Assembly: GCA_949285455.1 (NCBI GenBank)
Contig: CASDXP010000003.1
Location: 67,210 to 131,209 of the forward strand
DNA from: an uncultured bacterium
GTDB lineage: Bacteria; Bacillota_I; Bacilli_A; RFN20; CAG-826
Reading direction: 5' to 3'
DNA: 64,000 nt
Part shown: in pieces, positions 13,860 through 23,719 of the stretch
How the letters are laid out: each line of letters starts with the position of its first letter
Position numbering within the stretch: the first letter of the stretch is position 1
Position numbers and translations under genes: made by a program
The notes under the pieces: model-generated
Databases searched by the model: none
The model's input: the letters and a program-made list of their open reading frames with translations, nothing else
What the model was told of the DNA's origin: nothing

Positions 13860-15968
13860 CTAGTAGACCTCTTTAAATAGATAGGTATCGAATCGCTTGA
13901 CCTTAATTGGTTTTGCTTTTTCTTTAATTTGATAGCGTAATTGTTTTTGATACGATTTAACAATTTTGAAAGATACGGTATACATCAAATCATTGAACAT
14001 CGTGTGATATCTTCTTGATATTGGTCTAATAAACAAGAACGAACTTAAGGAAACGAAACTACCTAATAAAAGCAAGGCAAATAAAGCCGTCCAAGAAGAT
14101 AAATTTAATGTGTAGCAAAGTGTAATGTTAATAATTAGAGCAAGACTTAAAGGAAGAAGAGGTAGTAAAAGGTTATCAAAGAAATATCTTTTCGCTTTCA
14201 TCTTACGATATTTAGAGGAAAAAGCGATGATTAAGAATATAAAACTTACACCTAAAGTCACGATAAAGACACCTAGGAAATTAAAGAAAATGAAATAGCC
14301 TGAAGGCACTCCAACAACAAGTAAACAAAGGTAACAAACAATTGCTCCTAAATTAGCCTTTTGATATTTAGAAAGTCTCGCTAAGGTGTGGATGATATAA
14401 GGCGAGGTAATAGCTAAAATAAAGAAAGAAGCATAAAGATAAATGATTTGAGGAAACATACCCTGATAGTTTAAAAAGATTGGTAAAGTTCCAATTAAAC
14501 TACCTAAAATTGTCATAAATAACAAAGAGAAACAATTAGATATAGCTAAAAGATTGTTCATTGGATTAACGTTAATTTTTGGCTTTAATTCGTGATATTT
14601 TAGTTCATTTACTTCCTCTTTATTACGAGCGTGATAATAAGTTCCAAGAACTGGCACTAAAACGATGAAGTTGATGGCTAAACCTTTGGTTGAAACATCG
14701 AAGAAATAAGTTGATTCAAAAATCGCGTGAACCGTAATAGAAAGGAAGATTATTAAAGATACGGAGGCGAGGCGTTTATTGATCGCGAAGAGACGAATGA
14801 TGACGTAGAAGACGTAAAGATAGAAAATTAAATAAAGCGTAAGCCAAATAATTCCACCTTGACCAAGCACTTCTAAGAAACCATTATGCGCCCACGTCGT
14901 CGCTCTCACTGAGCCATAAGAGAATGATAAAAGATAATTGAAATAACGAATGCCACGTCCAAATATAAGATAGATACTTCCAGAAAGTAAGTCCCCTATT
15001 TTACGCCAAATGGTGACACGCGTATCATCAAATAAACGATGATAAACAAAACTCATCGAATCGTTGAACCATGTTGAGACACTAGGAATTAAGAAATAGC
15101 AAGTGACGAAAGTAACGATACCAACAACAAGTAAGGAAGAGATAATTGATAAGATGATAATGTTTCTTTTTAAAGTTTTCTTAGTGAAAGAAGTGAAGAA
15201 AATAGCGACGTAAAAAAGAAGATAGAATGCTATTCCTATGATGACACAAAGTTGGCTAGAAGAAGCAAAAGCAAAAAAGAGCATGATAGGGAAGAAGAAA
15301 TGATAATAGAAACGATGTCTTTGCGTGTATAAGTAAGCGACGATGAACATTCCCATCAAGGAAAATAAACCGAAGACATTCACGTTAGTGAAAAATGATC
15401 CAGCGGATATACTATTGATAGAAAAACCATTTTGGAAAGCAGTCGCATATTTATCAAATTCGACGATGAGAGAATAAGCGTAAGAAAAGAATAGGAAAAT
15501 TAAGAAAATGACAAAGAAATATCTCAGTTGTCTTAAAGAATAAAATTTCCTCGGCACTAAAACCATGAATAGGTAGACACATAAAGCGGTTAAAAGAATG
15601 TAAATGAGAGCTTCAAATTGGTCGTAATGCGTATGAGTAATTAAAACTTCGACATAAGTTCCATCAGTCAAACCAAGTCTTACCACATCACGAAGTGGGG
15701 TAACGAAGATAGCGACGATATTTGAAATGATAAGTAAAGAAATGACACTTATGATGAGAAAAGAAGGTTTTAAATTTCGATTCTTTCGCTCTAAGAAAAA
15801 ATAGACGATAAGCATGATGACGATAGAAGCAAAAAATAACATATGTTCAACGTTACCAATTTTGCTCGAATAATCGGTAGCGAAAAGAGCGACCGCTTCA
15901 CCGAAATAAGCGATGAAGATAAGTATTAAATACATTAATGCGTTCGTGACAACCATTTTTTTATTCAT
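13860..15968 (-). CDS. Wzy_C (O-antigen ligase/polymerase, PglL-like) domain polytopic membrane protein, 702 aa
   Basis: More than 12 predicted TM helices; conserved loop motif RATTWAHNGFLEVLGQGGIIWL matches the WaaL/Wzy_C H-N-x-x-L-E-x-x-x-E/Q-x-G-x-x-G signature. Confidence 0.5.
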   Translation of the reverse strand: MNKKMVVTNALMYLILIFIAYFGEAVALFATDYSSKIGNVEHMLFFASIVIMLIVYFFLERKNRNLKPSFLIISVISLLIISNIVAIFVTPLRDVVRLGLTDGTYVEVLITHTHYDQFEALIYILLTALCVYLFMVLVPRKFYSLRQLRYFFVIFLIFLFFSYAYSLIVEFDKYATAFQNGFSINSISAGSFFTNVNVFGLFSLMGMFIVAYLYTQRHRFYYHFFFPIMLFFAFASSSQLCVIIGIAFYLLFYVAIFFTSFTKKTLKRNIIILSIISSLLVVGIVTFVTCYFLIPSVSTWFNDSMSFVYHRLFDDTRVTIWRKIGDLLSGSIYLIFGRGIRYFNYLLSFSYGSVRATTWAHNGFLEVLGQGGIIWLTLYLIFYLYVFYVIIRLFAINKRLASVSLIIFLSITVHAIFESTYFFDVSTKGLAINFIVLVPVLGTYYHARNKEEVNELKYHELKPKINVNPMNNLLAISNCFSLLFMTILGSLIGTLPIFLNYQGMFPQIIYLYASFFILAITSPYIIHTLARLSKYQKANLGAIVCYLCLLVVGVPSGYFIFFNFLGVFIVTLGVSFIFLIIAFSSKYRKMKAKRYFFDNLLLPLLPLSLALIINITLCYTLNLSSWTALFALLLLGSFVSLSSFLFIRPISRRYHTMFNDLMYTVSFKIVKSYQKQLRYQIKEKAKPIKVKRFDTYLFKEVY

Positions 15969-15983
15969 GCATTTATTATAGAC

Positions 15984-16013
15984 AAAAAAACAACGCTATG
16001 GCATTGTTTTTTC
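15984..16013 (-). terminator. rho-independent terminator hairpin downstream of the hydrolase gene (usable in both orientations)
   Basis: acaacgc-tatg-gcattgt stem-loop flanked by an A-run upstream and a T-run downstream. Confidence 0.4.
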
Positions 16014-16040
16014 TTGTTAATAAATAAATTATTTAATTTT

Positions 16041-16994
16041 TTACATAGAACGGTCTTGTTTATCGACCTTCTTGACATCTTCTTTAATATCGCCAACTAA
16101 GAAATTTAAGATATCATTGTAGACGACTTCTTTATTGGTCTCATTAAGAATTTCATGACGCATATTAGGATAGATAATTGATGTCACATCATTCAAACCA
16201 AGTTTCTTATACATCTTATCTAATTTCATGACGCGTTTAGAATAACCACCGATAGGATCTTCCGCGCCAGAGACGATGAGAATAGACATATCTTTACGAA
16301 TCTTTTTAAGGAAACGTCTTTTCCAAAGACGAGATAAGCCCTTTAAGAATTCACGATAGAAGCCATGAGAATAAATACCGCCACAAAGAGGATTAATCAT
16401 GTAATTTTCGTTATTAGCCTCGTTTGTAGAAAGCCAATCAGCTTCACATTTTAAAGGTTTAGGACAGCGTTTGTTGACTTTACCGAGGACGAGTTTATCT
16501 AAGAATTTAGAAGGTTTATTAACATTTTTCTTCGTCGTAATAAGTCTAGCTAAACGATAGGCTAATGAAGCGCCAAAAATTTTAGCCGAACCAACGATGA
16601 CGACACGTGAAATATGCTTGGTGTAACGTTGGATATAATCTTGAACGACAAATGAACCCATACTATGACCAAGAATATAAGTTGGTAAGCAAGATAAACG
16701 AAGTTTAGCTACCAATTCATCTAAAATATTGACAAATTTTCTAAAACCTGATTTAGGCCAAATACCTAAGCATTCCTTATTCTCGATAACATTTTCACCT
16801 TGACCAAAATGGTCGATACAATAAACGTTCAATTTATTCTCGTTTAAAAATTTGGCAAAATCATCATAGCGACTTGATGTTTCTTTCATTCCTGTGACGA
16901 TGATGACATTAGCGATGGGATCTTTGATAGTCCAAGCATTTCCAAAAAGTATCTCATCTGTTTTTGAATTTAAACTAATACGTTCTCTACTCAT
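16041..16994 (-). CDS. alpha/beta-hydrolase (lysophospholipase/esterase-like)
   Basis: Nucleophile elbow GHSMGS (GxSxG); C-terminal acid/His region ...GAEDPIGG...MRHEIL. Confidence 0.6.
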   Translation of the reverse strand: MSRERISLNSKTDEILFGNAWTIKDPIANVIIVTGMKETSSRYDDFAKFLNENKLNVYCIDHFGQGENVIENKECLGIWPKSGFRKFVNILDELVAKLRLSCLPTYILGHSMGSFVVQDYIQRYTKHISRVVIVGSAKIFGASLAYRLARLITTKKNVNKPSKFLDKLVLGKVNKRCPKPLKCEADWLSTNEANNENYMINPLCGGIYSHGFYREFLKGLSRLWKRRFLKKIRKDMSILIVSGAEDPIGGYSKRVMKLDKMYKKLGLNDVTSIIYPNMRHEILNETNKEVVYNDILNFLVGDIKEDVKKVDKQDRSM

Positions 16995-17024
16995 GTTATA
17001 AAACCTCGTACGTCAAACATTATA

Positions 17025-17441
17025 TCAAATAAGCCCTAACTTTGTTAGAATTTTTTCACTACCTAAATAATAGTTATCTATTTTTCCTCCTTTTATTTCT
17101 AACATAGATGGCGTTCCAATTAGATAAATGTTCTTTACATCATCCACACCTAAAATAGTTGTTTGATCAAAATTTTCCTCAGGTGGAACAAGTTCATGCG
17201 AGTACAGCAAAAAATAAAAATTTTCATCATTTAAACTATAAGATATTATTTCTTGTTTTATCGAATCACAAACGTAGCATCCCCCGGAATAAACGTAGAT
17301 AAAATAATGGGAATTTGTTGGAAAAAAGATATTTTCATACGTTAAATGCTTAGAGTTTACGTCTTGATAAGAATAAACTTTGGGTGAGCCTTGACAGGCT
17401 ATAAGAAAGAGGGTTAAAAAAATACAAACAAATTTTTTCAT
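17025..17441 (-). CDS. thioredoxin-fold lipoprotein with CxxC motif
   Basis: Signal peptide plus lipobox LFLIAC; YSGGCYVCDS CxxC motif. Confidence 0.4.
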   Translation of the reverse strand: MKKFVCIFLTLFLIACQGSPKVYSYQDVNSKHLTYENIFFPTNSHYFIYVYSGGCYVCDSIKQEIISYSLNDENFYFLLYSHELVPPEENFDQTTILGVDDVKNIYLIGTPSMLEIKGGKIDNYYLGSEKILTKLGLI

Positions 17442-17501
17442 TACATTAATTAATACACGTTTTTTTAATGAAATGAGTTCATCTTATGATAAGATTTAAA
17501 C

Positions 17502-18434
17502 ATGACTATTAAAGAAAGAAAGACGATTGTTGAAAATTTAACATTGATGGCTATTATGGGAGCAATCAATGCTTTGTTTTCTTTATTCGCAACTTGGCTT
17601 CCAGTTATCTCTTTATTTTTAGTGATAATCTTACCATTCACTAGCGTCATCATCGCCCTATATTGTAAGCCGAGGTATTTTCTTATCTATATCGTTGCCA
17701 CTATAGGTGTAAGTTTGCTTATTACAATGTATAACATGCAATATACAATCTTTTATCTCATTCCAGCCATTTTTACTGGTTTAGCCTTTGGCTATCTTGT
17801 AAGAATTAAACTTCATAGCGCTATTATTTTATTTCTCACAGCAGTCTTACAATTCTTATTAAGTTATGCGATGATTCCTTTAATTGATGCGATATATGAG
17901 ACGAGTTTAGTCTCACAATTTTTAACACTTTTCAATTTAGCAGATAAACCATTTATTTACGTTATTGTCCCTGCTTTTATTTTCATCATCGCCTTCGCTC
18001 AAACTGCGTTTTCTTACATTGCTATTAGCACCGAGATTAAGAAATTTAATTTTGCTTTGATAACTAGTCCGTTAAAAACATATATTTCAGATACATTAAC
18101 GCTCTTATTTTTAATTCTTACTTTAAGTTTTGCTTTCTTTTGTAGTGAAGCTAGTTATATATTCCTTATTTGTTCTTTATACTTCATTTCTTTGACTTTA
18201 TTCAGCTTATTTAAAGAAAAGAAACTTTGGATTTATTTATCATTAGGTGGAGCGTTTTTCCTCTTCATCGTCTTATTTGCCTTGTTTTACGAAATGATTG
18301 CTCCCCCTAATCAACTTTTGACTATTAGTGTCTTACCCTTACTTTTCATTTTAGTCGATGTAATTAATATATTATTAATGCATTTTTCAAGTAGACGTAA
18401 GATAATAAGTGAAGGAGACATAAACGATGATTAG
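17502..18434 (+). CDS. hypothetical polytopic membrane protein (310 aa)
   Basis: About 8-9 hydrophobic helices; no recognisable motif. Confidence 0.35.
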   Translation: MTIKERKTIVENLTLMAIMGAINALFSLFATWLPVISLFLVIILPFTSVIIALYCKPRYFLIYIVATIGVSLLITMYNMQYTIFYLIPAIFTGLAFGYLVRIKLHSAIILFLTAVLQFLLSYAMIPLIDAIYETSLVSQFLTLFNLADKPFIYVIVPAFIFIIAFAQTAFSYIAISTEIKKFNFALITSPLKTYISDTLTLLFLILTLSFAFFCSEASYIFLICSLYFISLTLFSLFKEKKLWIYLSLGGAFFLFIVLFALFYEMIAPPNQLLTISVLPLLFILVDVINILLMHFSSRRKIISEGDINDD

Positions 18435-18951
18435 CTTTTTTAAATCATTAGGAAGAGGCATTCTTTACGTCGTAGGACTACCTTTTTTACTAGCCTTCGT
18501 TGCAATTTATGCAGTATTTTCATTTTTTATCATCGTTTTCATGTTCTTCAAAGCGGTAGTGTTATTCTTTATGGGCAGATCATTATTCGATGAATTAGAA
18601 GAAGATAAAAAAGCTAAAGAAGTACTAGCGAACATCGCGAATAGAAATCAAGTTGTTGCTCCAAATTACGTCAATAACGGGCCTGTGAATCAAAGTATGC
18701 CTCAAACGAATAATTACCAACCTCAAAACAATTATGTTTCACAAAATAATATCACTCCACCAAATCCACAAAATGAACAAAATAATCAAACGCAAAATTA
18801 TCTAGACGAACAGCCACAAGTTGATCATTCTTATCACTCTAATGAATTCGATAATCCTTTAGAGAATAATAATAATGAAACTATTCAAAACTATGAAAGC
18901 GACGCGTCCACTACTATTGATATAAAGGCAGGTGAAGATGAAGATGAATAA
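18427..18951 (+). CDS. hypothetical membrane protein with Q/N/P-rich low-complexity tail
   Basis: One or two N-terminal TM helices followed by NQVVAPNYVNNGPVNQSMPQTNNYQPQNNYVSQNN...; overlaps neighbouring ORFs at both ends. Confidence 0.35.
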   Translation: MISFFKSLGRGILYVVGLPFLLAFVAIYAVFSFFIIVFMFFKAVVLFFMGRSLFDELEEDKKAKEVLANIANRNQVVAPNYVNNGPVNQSMPQTNNYQPQNNYVSQNNITPPNPQNEQNNQTQNYLDEQPQVDHSYHSNEFDNPLENNNNETIQNYESDASTTIDIKAGEDEDE

Positions 18952-19636
18952 TTTTATATCTCTCATTGCCTTAAGTGAAAACGATAAGCGCATTATCATC
19001 GCCCTTGTCATCGTTTTCGTCTTGCTTTTTGTTCTCATTGGTCTAATTGGAATGCTCGTAACGAAAATTATGAAACAGCAAGGCAAAGCAATCGATAGAC
19101 TAATGCACGATATTGTCGTCACCGGTGTTGTATCAGATAAAAAACATTTTAAGAAAGTTGCTAAAAAGAAAAGTTGGAGATATTTATACAAACAAGCACG
19201 TGTTCCAATTATTATCGCTCTTATTGCAACTGTATTCTTATTAATATATTATCTCGCAAGCGGAAATTGGAATGCGAATATCTTTGGCGACTGGGGCGCT
19301 CCAAATGGCGAAGGTGGAAAAGGTTTTGCCACTTTACTCTTCCTTTGGGATTTTGAAAATTGTCCTACAACTCAAATTTTTGGTATTACTGTCATCTCAG
19401 ATTGGCCAGCTTTACTTAATACACCACACTTTTCAATCGATGCTTGGGGTAGTTACATTTTTGTTCCATTAATTATTACTTCTATCGTTTGGTTTTTCAT
19501 CGTCGTTCAAGCCTTTATTGCAAGATCATTTAGAATACGCAAACTCGCATCGCAAATTTATGATAAATCACTAGATGATTACAACCAAACAAAAGCCTTA
19601 TTAGGCGATAACAATAGCAATATAAATAATCATTAA
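18932..19636 (+). CDS. hypothetical membrane protein (234 aa)
   Basis: Three to four TM helices; start overlaps the previous ORF. Confidence 0.35.
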   Translation: MKMKMNNFISLIALSENDKRIIIALVIVFVLLFVLIGLIGMLVTKIMKQQGKAIDRLMHDIVVTGVVSDKKHFKKVAKKKSWRYLYKQARVPIIIALIATVFLLIYYLASGNWNANIFGDWGAPNGEGGKGFATLLFLWDFENCPTTQIFGITVISDWPALLNTPHFSIDAWGSYIFVPLIITSIVWFFIVVQAFIARSFRIRKLASQIYDKSLDDYNQTKALLGDNNSNINNH

Positions 19637-19768
19637 TTAGATGTTAGAAAACATTAAATATAATTGGTAGGCTAAATAGCCAATTAAAGCAATATTTAAA
19701 AATGCTAAAACCATGAAGATACGAAATCGTGACTTATTTTTTCTTTCGATTTCTTTCGGATCCATACA

Positions 19769-21157
19769 CTAATATTTTACCTGATTCGCGGTCCTTGGGT
19801 AAAGTTGAACATCGCGAATATTTGATAAGCCAGTAAGTAACATTAAGAAACGATCAAAACCGATACCAAATCCGCTATGGACACAACCTCCAAACTTACG
19901 CGTGTTTAAATACCAAAGCGCTGAATCATCCTTTAAAAGATGGCATTCTTCCATTCTTTTCTTCAATAAATCATAATTTTCTTCTCTTTGGGAACCGCCG
20001 ATTAGTTCGCCAATTTCAGGAACGAGTAAGTCATATGCTGCGACTGTTTTTCCGTCTGGATTTTGTTTCATATAGAAAGCTTTTGCTTCCTTGGGATAAT
20101 CGATAATCCAAGTTGGACCTTTGACGATAGTTTCAGTAATATAACGTTCGTGTTCGCTTTGTAAATCCATGCCCCAATAGATGTGACGATTATCGAAATG
20201 ATGACCTTCTTCAACTGCTTTTTTAAGTATTTCGACTGCATCAGTGTAAGTCACTACTCGCCATTTATTTTCTAAAATTTGATGGAGGCGATTTAAAAGT
20301 CCTTTATCGACGAAAGCATTGAAAAAATTAAGTTCATCTTTACAGTGGATAAGCAAATCTTCAATGCAGTAACGAAGTAATGATTCAACAATTTTTAAAG
20401 CCCCATGAATGTCACAAAACGCCATCTCAGGTTCGATCATCCAAAATTCCGAAGCATGTCTTGGAGTGTTAGAATTTTCAGCCCTAAAGGTTGGACCAAA
20501 AGTATAGACATTTCTTAACGCTAGAGCGAACGGTTCAACGTGAAGCTGACCAGAAACTGTAAGATGTACTGGTCGATCGAAAAATGGCTTACCATCTTCT
20601 TTTTTAGCATTGACATCGAAAACTTGTCCTGCCCCTTCTGAATCGATACCCGTAATAATTGGGGTATGAATGTAATAGAAGTTATTTTCATTGAACCACG
20701 AATGCATAGCGAAAGATAATCTACTGCGGACTCTTGCAAGAGCATAAAACGTATTCGTACGCGGTCTAAGATAAGCTATATCTCTTAAAAATTCGAAAGT
20801 ATGTCTTTTCTTTTGTAAAGGATAATCTTCACTGACCCCACCAAGAAGAACAATATTATCTACATGAATTTCAAAGGGTTGTTTATTTTCAGGTGTCAAA
20901 ACAATTTTTCCATCGATAGAAACTGCTGAACCAGTTAAAAGATGCGTATAGGTATCGAAGGATGTAACATTATCTTTTGAATAAACGAGTTGAACATTTA
21001 AAAAAGTTGTGCCATCACTTAATTCGATGAAACCAATCGAACCATTATTGCGATTAGTTCTCACCCAACCTTTTAAATTCACTAATTTTCCATCTTCAAG
21101 ACAATTATTATTAAAATCTTTAAATAAGTCTTTCAAAATTGTTTCAACATAGCTCAT
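19769..21157 (-). CDS. asnS: asparagine--tRNA ligase
   Basis: Class IIb motif FRAENSNTPRHASEFWMIEPEMAF (AsnRS-specific); 462 aa. Confidence 0.85.
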   Translation of the reverse strand: MSYVETILKDLFKDFNNNCLEDGKLVNLKGWVRTNRNNGSIGFIELSDGTTFLNVQLVYSKDNVTSFDTYTHLLTGSAVSIDGKIVLTPENKQPFEIHVDNIVLLGGVSEDYPLQKKRHTFEFLRDIAYLRPRTNTFYALARVRSRLSFAMHSWFNENNFYYIHTPIITGIDSEGAGQVFDVNAKKEDGKPFFDRPVHLTVSGQLHVEPFALALRNVYTFGPTFRAENSNTPRHASEFWMIEPEMAFCDIHGALKIVESLLRYCIEDLLIHCKDELNFFNAFVDKGLLNRLHQILENKWRVVTYTDAVEILKKAVEEGHHFDNRHIYWGMDLQSEHERYITETIVKGPTWIIDYPKEAKAFYMKQNPDGKTVAAYDLLVPEIGELIGGSQREENYDLLKKRMEECHLLKDDSALWYLNTRKFGGCVHSGFGIGFDRFLMLLTGLSNIRDVQLYPRTANQVKY

Positions 21158-21202
21158 AAATATTACTCCTTCGTCATTTTACTTTATTAAGTTTAACATG
21201 TT

Positions 21203-22657
21203 TTAAAACTTGTTAAAATCAGTAATTTCCCAGTTGGGATCAACACCTATGTCAAGTGGAGCGAAAATGTTTCGAGCGTAGAGATGATGAGCATTTCTTG
21301 CTATCATCGCCGCGTTATCGCCACACAAACTTAAAGGTGGAAAAAATAATTCAATATTCGAATTATCATATTTATTTTTAAGTATTTCTTTGAGTCTAGA
21401 ATTAGCAGAAACTCCACCAGCGACAAGAATTTGTTTAACTTGATATACATCCGCAACTTGATAGACCTTATCTACAAGTTCTTTTAACGCCACTTCTTGA
21501 AATGAACAAGCTAGGTCAGCTTTATTTATTTCTTCACCTTTCATTTTTAATGAATTAACTATGTTAATAATATGAGTTTTCAATCCGCTAAAAGAGACAT
21601 CATAACGAGATGATGCATGTGGAATAGGAAGATGATAAGTTGGCTTTCCTAACTTAGCGAGACGATCAATTTCAACTCCGCCTGGATAAGGTAGTCCTAA
21701 TACTCTTGCCACTTTGTCATAACATTCACCTATCGCATCATCGACTGTTCTACCCACTATGTCATAATTTAGATGATCATACATAATAATAAGTTCAGTA
21801 TTACCGCCACTGACGACGACAGCAAGAAGAGGAAATTTTAATTCTGCAACATATTCGTTCGCATAGATATGTCCAGCGAGATGATGAACTGGAATGAGAG
21901 GTTTATGGTAAATAAACGCTAAGGTTTTAGCAACTTCCATTCCTACATGCAACGCCCCTACTAAACCAGGACCGCGGGTAAAAGCAAAGGCATCAATTTC
22001 TTCTAACATGACACTAGCCTCTTTTAAAGCTGTATCTAAAACGTAAAGAACATTTTCGATGTGAAGTCTAGAAGCAAGTTCAGGCATGACTCCTCCAAAC
22101 TGACGATGTCTTTCAATTTGAGAAGAGATGACATTAGATAAAATTTTTCTATTGCGTGTAATCGATATTGAAGTTTCATCACAGCTACTTTCAATAGCGA
22201 GTATCAAAGGAGAGGATTCAATATTTTTGACAAGATAAATCGCATCTTCACCATCCGCATAATATTTCTCTTTAATATTAATTTCTTTAAACCCTTCTTT
22301 AATATACAGGTTTTTTGCGGCGATATTAGATCTTCTTACTTCTAACGCTATCGTCTTAACCCCTTCATCTTTAAGCGTCTCATACATCCTTTTTAATAAG
22401 TGGGAAGCAACATTATTTCTACGATATTTATTGCTAACATAGATGATAGCGATCGTCGAAGAATCAAATGTGATCCAATAATCTAAAATCGCTATAGGGG
22501 TAGCTTGAAAAAATGCAAGCTCAACATGCGCAAAAACATTTTTTTCGATATCGTTCATAATGGCAGAAGGAGTGTAATCTAAAGATGAGGCAAGTTCATA
22601 GATAACCTCTTCATCTTCTAGCGTGGCTTTTTTAAATTTAATTTCGTCTATCATCAT
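21203..22657 (-). CDS. tsaD: fusion protein: N-terminal RimI-type GNAT acetyltransferase + C-terminal tRNA N6-adenosine threonylcarbamoyltransferase TsaD
   Basis: Residues ~1-145 carry the GNAT core IALEVRRSNIAAKNLYIKEGF; residues ~150-484 carry TsaD landmarks LAIESSCDETSISI, GVMPELASRLH, VHHLAGH, SGGNTEL, DDAIGECYDKVAR, YPGG. Confidence 0.8.
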   Translation of the reverse strand: MMIDEIKFKKATLEDEEVIYELASSLDYTPSAIMNDIEKNVFAHVELAFFQATPIAILDYWITFDSSTIAIIYVSNKYRRNNVASHLLKRMYETLKDEGVKTIALEVRRSNIAAKNLYIKEGFKEINIKEKYYADGEDAIYLVKNIESSPLILAIESSCDETSISITRNRKILSNVISSQIERHRQFGGVMPELASRLHIENVLYVLDTALKEASVMLEEIDAFAFTRGPGLVGALHVGMEVAKTLAFIYHKPLIPVHHLAGHIYANEYVAELKFPLLAVVVSGGNTELIIMYDHLNYDIVGRTVDDAIGECYDKVARVLGLPYPGGVEIDRLAKLGKPTYHLPIPHASSRYDVSFSGLKTHIINIVNSLKMKGEEINKADLACSFQEVALKELVDKVYQVADVYQVKQILVAGGVSANSRLKEILKNKYDNSNIELFFPPLSLCGDNAAMIARNAHHLYARNIFAPLDIGVDPNWEITDFNKF

Positions 22658-23253
22658 AAGTCTTTAAGATAAATTGGCTTCAAGCCTTTAATATTATTAA
22701 CTCTTTCTTGACTAGTGGCATAACGTAAAAATGATTTTGCGTCCACCTCACTACTAGTGTCAATTCCAAGATGTTTTAAATCGCCGCATAAAGTAAAATT
22801 AGGATGTTCTTCAATAAATTTTAAAGCGAACTCATTACTAACAATTTGTGAATTCATCAAAACTATTAAACCATCGTAACAAGCGAAATAAGAACGACCA
22901 CTTCTAGCGTTAAAGATGACGATGGAAGGTTCGAAAAACTTTGCGTATCCCATAAGTGAATCTAAGGCAAATAGCTCTAAATTTAAAGCGAAAGCGACTG
23001 TTTTGGCGACGGACATAGCAATTCTAATTCCTGTAAAAGAACCTGGGCCAATACCTACGCCAATGAAAGATAAATCTTTCACCATCACCTTATTTTCGCT
23101 GAGTAACGATTTAATTTCAGGCACTAACATTTCAGCTTGCTTACGAGGAAATGTAAGATTTTTAGATGCTAAAATTTCATTATTTTTTGCTAGAGCAATA
23201 AACATCTTGATGTTGGAGGTGTCGAGTAATAAGCCATATCTATCGTTGGACAT
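22654..23253 (-). CDS. tsaB: tRNA threonylcarbamoyladenosine biosynthesis protein TsaB
   Basis: GIGPGSFTGIRI motif; 199 aa. Confidence 0.8.
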   Translation of the reverse strand: MSNDRYGLLLDTSNIKMFIALAKNNEILASKNLTFPRKQAEMLVPEIKSLLSENKVMVKDLSFIGVGIGPGSFTGIRIAMSVAKTVAFALNLELFALDSLMGYAKFFEPSIVIFNARSGRSYFACYDGLIVLMNSQIVSNEFALKFIEEHPNFTLCGDLKHLGIDTSSEVDAKSFLRYATSQERVNNIKGLKPIYLKDL

Positions 23254-23719
23254 TTTTCAATTCCTCCAAGGCGTGAAAAAATAAGGAAAACATATTATTT
23301 TCACTAGTGAAACTCAACATTCTTTCATTTCCTCTTAAGATACGAATATCAATTGTTAAGGATGGGCGAACTAACAAAGCTTTATCTAAGTAAATTGGCC
23401 ATTCAATCAAAGTGACATCTTCGCTTTCAATTAATTCATCTAAACCAATATCTTCATTTTTATCTTCCAATCGATATGCATCGATGTGATTATAAAATAA
23501 GCCATTAATTTCGTAAGTTTTAACTATGTTAAAAGTTGGGCTAGTGACTTTTCCTTGATAGCCTAAAGATTTAAGAAAATACCTCACAAAAGTCGTCTTA
23601 CCTGCGCCAAGATCACCATTTAATAATATTAAAGCATCGCGCTTCACGTAGGTGGAAAGAAGCATAGCGATTTTTTCTAAAGTTTTTTCATCATCTATAT
23701 GCAATTCAATTTTAGCCAT
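23240..23719 (-). CDS. tsaE: tRNA threonylcarbamoyladenosine biosynthesis ATPase TsaE
   Basis: P-loop LNGDLGAGKTTFV; 159 aa. Confidence 0.8.
   Translation of the reverse strand: MAKIELHIDDEKTLEKIAMLLSTYVKRDALILLNGDLGAGKTTFVRYFLKSLGYQGKVTSPTFNIVKTYEINGLFYNHIDAYRLEDKNEDIGLDELIESEDVTLIEWPIYLDKALLVRPSLTIDIRILRGNERMLSFTSENNMFSLFFHALEELKNVQR

Noticed and set aside
19700-19760. Possible terminator hairpin gaaatcg...cgatttc between convergent genes ending at 19636 and 19769.
   Set aside because: The 7-bp AT-rich stem has a 16-nt loop and no convincing U-tract on either strand. It is too weak to call.
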